This document shows positions 58,423-64,000 of a stretch of 64,000 bases of DNA, in pieces; the stretch's first letter is position 1, and every line of letters starts with the position of its first letter. Source of the stretch: Escherichia coli (GTDB lineage Bacteria > Pseudomonadota > Gammaproteobacteria > Enterobacterales > Enterobacteriaceae). The DNA is taken from NCBI RefSeq assembly GCF_016903815.1, contig NZ_CP069972.1; one strand, written 5' to 3'. The position numbers and the translations under genes were made by a program. Below the pieces are notes generated by a model. It was not told the origin of the DNA. It searched no databases and was given only the letters and a program-made list of their open reading frames with translations.

Positions 58423-59976
58423 ATGGATAAATATAATCTGAAGGATGCTCTCCTTTTTATATCCCGGGGAGACACCCATGAAATTCTTATAGAAACAAAC
58501 CAGCGGACAAGGCCTGACGTACAAAGTAATCTCCAGGAACTGCTAAAATTATATCCGGGTATCAACCCAAAAGTAGTCTCGTTGTCGGAGTTACAGGAAG
58601 CAGGTCAGGATGAAAAAAACAGAGGCCCGAAAGAACGAATTATTCATCTGAAAGATCTTGCTGATGTCAGTGAAAGTGAGAAGAAAGTTCTATCTTATTT
58701 TGAAACGGCCAGAAAACTTGGTGCTTCAGATATTCATTTTTTAATTTCTGAGTCTATTTTCAAAGTTCGCATGAGAATATTCGGTGAACTGCAGACTGTA
58801 GATGAAGATCAACCAGCACTGGGCTATTCACTTTGCGCAACAGCCATTCTGTCAATGGCTGATGTCACTGAAACCAGTTTCTTCCCTCAAAGGGAACAGG
58901 ATGCGCGCCTGTCCCCACAATTAATGCGAAAAATAGGAATATTTGGTGCACGCTACAGTCACAGACCTACGGGAGACGGTCTGATTGCAGTTATGCGCCT
59001 GATACCCGATGACGGAGATAAAGTTCCCACGTTTAAACAACTGGGCTTTATCCCGGAACAAATCCGGTTGCTGAACATAATGCTGCGCCGCCCGGAAGGA
59101 AAAATAGTCCTGTCAGGTCCAACCGGTTCCGGTAAATCGACAACGTTACGCAGCGCCTGCCGTGTATATCTTGACGATAATCAGGGGCGACACCTGCTAA
59201 CAATCGAAGATCCGCTGGAAGGACAGATACTGGGAGCAACACAGACTCCGATTATCTGCGACAAATCCGACGAAGATGCCGTCAAACTGGCATGGAGTCG
59301 GGCTATTTCATCGGCAATGCGACTTGACCCTGATGCCATCATGGAAGGGGAAATGCGCGATCTTATCTCGATGATGTCAACCACCTACGCGGCACAGACC
59401 GGGCACATAGTTCTGACGACATTACATACAAACTCAGCTCTGGGTATACCGGAGCGAATGATTACGATGGGTATGAATGCCGATCTTATTTGCGATGCGC
59501 AATTACTGATTGGGATGATCAGCCAGCGCCTTGTACCAACTCTGTGTCCCTCCTGCCGTATTCCATGGGAAACGCGAGCACCTGAACTTAGAGACGACGA
59601 GCGTGATTACCTTGAGCGGCACTGCAATAAAGATTCACTCTGCAGTACAGATAATATCTGGTTCCGAAATCCTCACGGATGCTCTGAATGTAATCACGAC
59701 GTAATCATTAACGGCAGAAAGCGCGGTGAAATAGGTAAAGGCCTCACCGGCAGGACTGTAATTGCTGAGGTGATAGAACCTGATAACCGCTTATTTCAGA
59801 TTCTGAAAACACGCGGCAAAGTTGCAGCACGTAAATACTGGCTGGAAAACATGAAAGGCATCAGTCGTGTAGAGCATCTTCTTCGCCGTATCAATGAAGG
59901 TCTGGTAGACCCTCTTGAAGCCGACAGAATCATCCCTCTGGACGAAGACGAGCGCCTCAGCATCGATGATGTCTAA
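58423..59976 (+). CDS. pilQ: PilQ type IV pilus assembly ATPase (517 aa)
   Basis: Walker A GPTGSGKST; tetracysteine motif (CPSC...CSEC). Confidence 0.8.
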   Translation: MDKYNLKDALLFISRGDTHEILIETNQRTRPDVQSNLQELLKLYPGINPKVVSLSELQEAGQDEKNRGPKERIIHLKDLADVSESEKKVLSYFETARKLGASDIHFLISESIFKVRMRIFGELQTVDEDQPALGYSLCATAILSMADVTETSFFPQREQDARLSPQLMRKIGIFGARYSHRPTGDGLIAVMRLIPDDGDKVPTFKQLGFIPEQIRLLNIMLRRPEGKIVLSGPTGSGKSTTLRSACRVYLDDNQGRHLLTIEDPLEGQILGATQTPIICDKSDEDAVKLAWSRAISSAMRLDPDAIMEGEMRDLISMMSTTYAAQTGHIVLTTLHTNSALGIPERMITMGMNADLICDAQLLIGMISQRLVPTLCPSCRIPWETRAPELRDDERDYLERHCNKDSLCSTDNIWFRNPHGCSECNHDVIINGRKRGEIGKGLTGRTVIAEVIEPDNRLFQILKTRGKVAARKYWLENMKGISRVEHLLRRINEGLVDPLEADRIIPLDEDERLSIDDV

Positions 59977-59988
59977 CAGGAGAACAAC

Positions 59989-61086
59989 ATGCGTGAAATG
60001 AATTTCAGTCAACGGCTGAGGCGTTTCATTGTCAGAAAAACGTTCAGCGCCCCCTACAGGGTGCAGTTTTACGAAGCCCTGCGTTTTCTGCTGGAAAATA
60101 AACAGCCATTAAAGACCGCACTGGAACAGATGCGGGATGCCTGGACAGACTTTGGACGAAAATGGCATCCCTTTGCTGAACTGGCCACAGACTGCATTGA
60201 GTCTCTTCGTGAAAACAGTGGCGAAAACTCTCTGGAATATACTCTTAGTTTATGGGTTCCTCAGGAAGAGGCCGCAGTAATCAGCGCCGGGATAAGAAGT
60301 GGTTCAATTGTGGATGCACTGCAATTCGCCACCACTCTTACAGATGCAAAAGAACAAATCCATCAGGCTATATGGCAAATGGCTATTTATCCGGTGGGAT
60401 TGTTAATCATGATGACGGGGACATTATATGTTCTGAATACACAGCTAATACCTGAACTGAGCAAAATAAGCTCCCCCGATTCATGGAGTGGTGCTCTTGG
60501 TTTTCTTTATGGATTATCTGTTTTTGTCGATAATTACGGCGCTATATGTGCCGTTCTTTTTGCAGTGATCACAGGTTTAATATCATGGTCTCTGCCAAAC
60601 TGGAAAAGCCCTGACAGTGTTCGTACTTTTGCCGACAAGATAATGCCATGGAGTATTTATCAGGATATACAGGGAGCAACATTTCTCCTGAATATGGCTG
60701 CACTTCTGAAAGCCAAAATGACGACGCTCAACTCACTAAACATTCTTCAGGAGTTTGCATCACCATGGTTAAGCACACGTCTTGACAGCATTATTTACCG
60801 CGTCCGCCAGGGGGATCATCTTGGACTGGCTTTGCGTCAGTGCGGTTATCAGTTCCCATCCAGGGAAGCAGCCAACTTCCTGTCTTTATTACAGGGAGAT
60901 GGCGCAACAGAGCTAATCAGCAATTATGGTCAACGATGGCTTAGTCAAACACTTCAACGTGTAAAGAAACGGGCAAACGTGATTCGTTTAATTATGCTGA
61001 TATTTCTTGTCATGTCTCTCATGTTACTGGTTTTTGCCATTATGGATATTCAGTCTATTAGTGACAACAGCATGGGTAACTTTTAA
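59989..61086 (+). CDS. pilR: PilR, GspF/TadB-like inner-membrane platform protein (365 aa)
   Basis: Polytopic membrane protein directly after the ATPase. Confidence 0.7.
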   Translation: MREMNFSQRLRRFIVRKTFSAPYRVQFYEALRFLLENKQPLKTALEQMRDAWTDFGRKWHPFAELATDCIESLRENSGENSLEYTLSLWVPQEEAAVISAGIRSGSIVDALQFATTLTDAKEQIHQAIWQMAIYPVGLLIMMTGTLYVLNTQLIPELSKISSPDSWSGALGFLYGLSVFVDNYGAICAVLFAVITGLISWSLPNWKSPDSVRTFADKIMPWSIYQDIQGATFLLNMAALLKAKMTTLNSLNILQEFASPWLSTRLDSIIYRVRQGDHLGLALRQCGYQFPSREAANFLSLLQGDGATELISNYGQRWLSQTLQRVKKRANVIRLIMLIFLVMSLMLLVFAIMDIQSISDNSMGNF

Positions 61087-61103
61087 ACAAAACGAGGATA
61101 TTT

Positions 61104-61718
61104 ATGTTAGTAGAAAATATTAATGCCACTTTAACTGGAAATAATAAGAAGAATGAGCCTCATGATAAAGGATGGGGAATTTTGGAGCAGGGAACAATAG
61201 CGCTCGTTGTTCTTTTTGTTATAGTCGTTGTTCTGGGTAGTTTGTATGCGTTACGTACAAGAACCAATGTGGCAACTGAAACCGCAAATATACAAACAAT
61301 TATCACAAGTGCCCAGAGCCTGCTAAAAGGTAGCGATGGATATACATTTACCAGCAGTGCCAAAATGACAGGTGCCCTCATTCAGATGGGGGCCGTTCCC
61401 TCTGGGATGACAGTACAGGGCAACAAAACATCTGGTACAGCAACGCTCTATAACGCATGGGGCGGTGCTGTAACTGTTGCCCCGGCTTCAACATCAGGGT
61501 TCAACAACGGTTTTACCGTTACCTATGATAAAGTCCCACAGGATGCCTGTATCCAGATTGCCACACGGATCAGTAAAACTGGTTTAACTAACGGCATTAC
61601 CCTGAACAGTACTGCTCACAGTGATGGAAAAGTCACTACTGAAGAAGCCAGTACGCAATGCAAGGCAGATAATGGCAGCACTGGTACAAACAAACTTATC
61701 TTCACCATCAATGGTTAA
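61104..61718 (+). CDS. pilS: PilS type IV prepilin (204 aa)
   Basis: Leader ending at Gly followed by hydrophobic stretch ...KGWGILEQGTIALVVLFVIVVVLGSLYAL. Confidence 0.75.
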   Translation: MLVENINATLTGNNKKNEPHDKGWGILEQGTIALVVLFVIVVVLGSLYALRTRTNVATETANIQTIITSAQSLLKGSDGYTFTSSAKMTGALIQMGAVPSGMTVQGNKTSGTATLYNAWGGAVTVAPASTSGFNNGFTVTYDKVPQDACIQIATRISKTGLTNGITLNSTAHSDGKVTTEEASTQCKADNGSTGTNKLIFTING

Positions 61719-61727
61719 GGAGTTTTA

Positions 61728-62288
61728 ATGTCAGGGGGTACAGTACCCCTCAGACTTATTTCATTAATCCTGCTTTTTTCTCTTATTCCACCCGCCCGAG
61801 CTTCATACGTAGCCCCCAAACAGATCTGGACCAACAAGTGGGACAATTGCTTTGCCGCTGCCGGCGCGCGCTATCAAATTGAACCATTATTATTGAAGGC
61901 TATTTCTGCCGGGGAATCTTCGTTGAGGCCGGGCGCAATTAATATAAATAAGGACAAAAAAACAGGTAAAGCCAGTAGCACGGATTATGGGTTGATGCAA
62001 ATAAACTCAACCCATATTCCAAAGCTGATAAATATGGGCGTAATAAAAAAGTCTGAGGATTTAATCACCAAACCATGCCTTAATATCCATATAGGAAGCT
62101 GGATACTGGCAAGACATTTTCAGATATGTGGCGTCAGCTGGAATTGCCTTGGGTCATACAATGCCGGATTCCGTAAGGACAGACATGAAACAAGAGAGCA
62201 ATATGCCAATAAAATATGGAGAATTTATCGTGACATGAAAGGGATATGTCTTCCCGGACAGGGAGGCAGGCAATGCAGACAATCGTAG
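61728..62288 (+). CDS. pilT: PilT lytic transglycosylase (SLT domain, 186 aa)
   Basis: SLT motifs ISAGESSL and GLMQINSTH; signal peptide. Confidence 0.75.
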   Translation: MSGGTVPLRLISLILLFSLIPPARASYVAPKQIWTNKWDNCFAAAGARYQIEPLLLKAISAGESSLRPGAININKDKKTGKASSTDYGLMQINSTHIPKLINMGVIKKSEDLITKPCLNIHIGSWILARHFQICGVSWNCLGSYNAGFRKDRHETREQYANKIWRIYRDMKGICLPGQGGRQCRQS

Positions 62289-62929
62289 GCATAAGTCTAT
62301 CCCCTGTTTATATACTGCCATTGATGTTCACATTTTCCATTATTGGACGAACTCTGCTATTCAGAGTTCGTTATTTTTTATCTGATACGGGACATCTCTG
62401 GTATAAGACACACCCTGCTGTTCTGTCAGGAATATGGCTATACAGTATAGCTGTGGCGTTAATTATTTTATCATCATCACCACTGCTCTACCGTATTCAT
62501 GCTGTCCTTATTCTTTCGTTCATACTGCAAATGGCGGTAACGGATGCACTGACAGGTTTATTACCAGGAACATTCACCCGGCGTTTTTTAATTGCAGGAA
62601 TGCTATCACAAATCACGACTGATATATGGTGGTTCCGTACAACAGAATTTGCCACTGCTGCAATTGTCTTATTCTGCCTTCATAAATTAGTTAACCGCCA
62701 TCGTCTTAATATTGGCACTGGAGACCTGTGGCTTATTGCAGGTATTACCGCATGGTCAGGGTTATATAACGCCATATGGTGTGTGTTGCTGGGCACAGGA
62801 GGATTTGTCTTATGGCATTCAACATGGTGCATAAAAGGGCATAAAGAAGGCCCTCTGGGTCCATGGCTATGTTTTGGCCATGTCCTTTTGCTGCTGGATA
62901 ATCTTTATCAACCACTATGGGTAATCTGA
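62273..62929 (+). CDS. pilU: PilU prepilin peptidase (218 aa from ATG 62273)
   Basis: Polytopic membrane protein after the prepilin gene; SD GGGAGG before ATG 62273. Confidence 0.7.
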
Positions 62930-64000
62930 TGAAAAAATATGACCGAGGCTGGGCATCGCTGGAAACTGGCGCGGCTTTACTGATTGTTATGCTCCTGATT
63001 GCCTGGGGAGCGGGCATATGGCAGGACTATATTCAAACAAAAGGATGGCAAACTGAAGCACGTCTTGTCAGCAACTGGACCAGTGCGGCCCGCTCTTATA
63101 TAGGGAAAAACTACACGACTCTCCAGGGCAGTAGTACCACAACAACTCCTGCCGTTATCACGACAACCATGCTGAAAAATACCGGCTTTTTGTCCAGCGG
63201 GTTTACTGAGACAAACAGCGAGGGGCAGCGGTTACAGGCATATGTGGTTCGAAACGCCCAAAACCCGGAATTACTACAGGCAATGGTTGTATCCAGTGGT
63301 GGCACACCTTATCCAGTGAAAGCACTTATCCAGATGGCTAAGGATATTACCACTGGTCTTGGTGGATATATCCAGGACGGCAAAACAGCCACAGGTGCAT
63401 TACGTTCCTGGTCAGTAGCTTTAAGTAATTATGGTGCCAAAAGCGGTAACGGGCATATTGCCGTATTGTTATCGACAGATGAACTTAGTGGTGCAGCTGA
63501 GGACACTGATCGTCTTTACAGATTCCAGGTCAATGGTCGCCCTGACTTAAACAAAATGCACACGGCCATTGATATGGGATCAAATAACCTGAATAACGTT
63601 GGGGCAGTAAATGCCCAGACAGGTAATTTCAGCGGCAATGTGAATGGTGTAAATGGCACTTTCAGCGGTCAGGTAAAAGGCAATAGCGGAAACTTTGACG
63701 TAAATGTCACCGCTGGCGGTGATATCAGAAGTAATAATGGTTGGTTAATTACTCGTAACAGTAAAGGCTGGCTCAATGAAACTCACGGTGGCGGATTTTA
63801 TATGTCCGATGGATCATGGGTTCGAAGTGTAAACAACAAGGGCATCTATACCGGCGGTCAGGTGAAAGGCGGTACTGTTCGGGCTGATGGTCGCCTTTAT
63901 ACTGGTGAATACTTACAACTGGAAAGAACTGCCGTTGCTGGCGCATCATGTTCGCCTAACGGCCTTGTAGGCCGCGATAATACAGGGGCAATACTTTCGT
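62929..64000 (+). CDS. pilV: PilV thin-pilus tip adhesin, N-terminal constant region (partial, runs off window end)
   Basis: ATG at 62929 overlapping pilU stop; prepilin-like N-terminus ([26 protein letters not shown]); frame open to the window end; shufflon not in window. Confidence 0.7.

Noticed and set aside
1-64000. Hok/Sok- or PndA-type toxin genes, tRNAs, rRNAs
   Set aside because: No Hok-like peptide signature or cloverleaf-like sequences noticed on manual reading; a systematic scan (tRNAscan, Rfam) was not possible here
62929-64000. Shufflon and rci recombinase
   Set aside because: Window ends within the pilV constant region; no 19-bp shufflon repeats or rci ORF are present in the available sequence

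Overview
The window reads as a near-contiguous stretch of an IncI1-type (R64/ColIb-P9-like) conjugative plasmid carrying colicin Ia. All names come from reading the sequence and from recollection of these families; no database search or folding program was run, so family assignments and exact start codons are provisional. Left to right: 3' end of the tra operon (traW/X/Y-like, excA-like); a small AT-rich accessory island (5.1-8.8 kb); trbABC; convergent nikB-nikA relaxase module with oriT (IncP-like nick motif ATCCTG^T at 16614/16615, + strand is the predicted transferred strand); a ~20-kb leading region (16.7-36 kb) whose genes are almost all on the minus strand pointing at oriT (ssb, psiB, psiA, ardA, klcA/ardB-like, ParB-like nuclease, orphan DNA methyltransferase, Rpn-family nuclease, many unknown ORFs), punctuated by two families of long hairpin-forming repeats that look like single-stranded-DNA promoters and interrupted by a complete group II intron; then SOS-regulated impCAB, a parA/parB locus flanked by TTGTTATC arrays, a MITE-like element, colicin Ia plus immunity, a FinO/ProQ-domain gene, the oriV-repZ-repY-Inc replicon, LuxR-like and NusG/RfaH-like regulators, and thin-pilus genes pilI to pilV (pilV cut by the window end, shufflon not included). 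The candidates I consider most likely to be new biology are (1) a DinQ/TisB-like 35-aa peptide with a divergent sRNA whose 5' end is complementary to the peptide's upstream region (6.0-6.46 kb), (2) a translationally coupled Cys-rich ORF / Rpn nuclease / RpnS-like module next to oriT, and (3) an RHH+HTH protein with an unrecognised C-terminal domain behind two 85-bp palindrome-containing repeats. The ORF track evidently accepts GTG/TTG starts, so several starts were re-set by RBS inspection.
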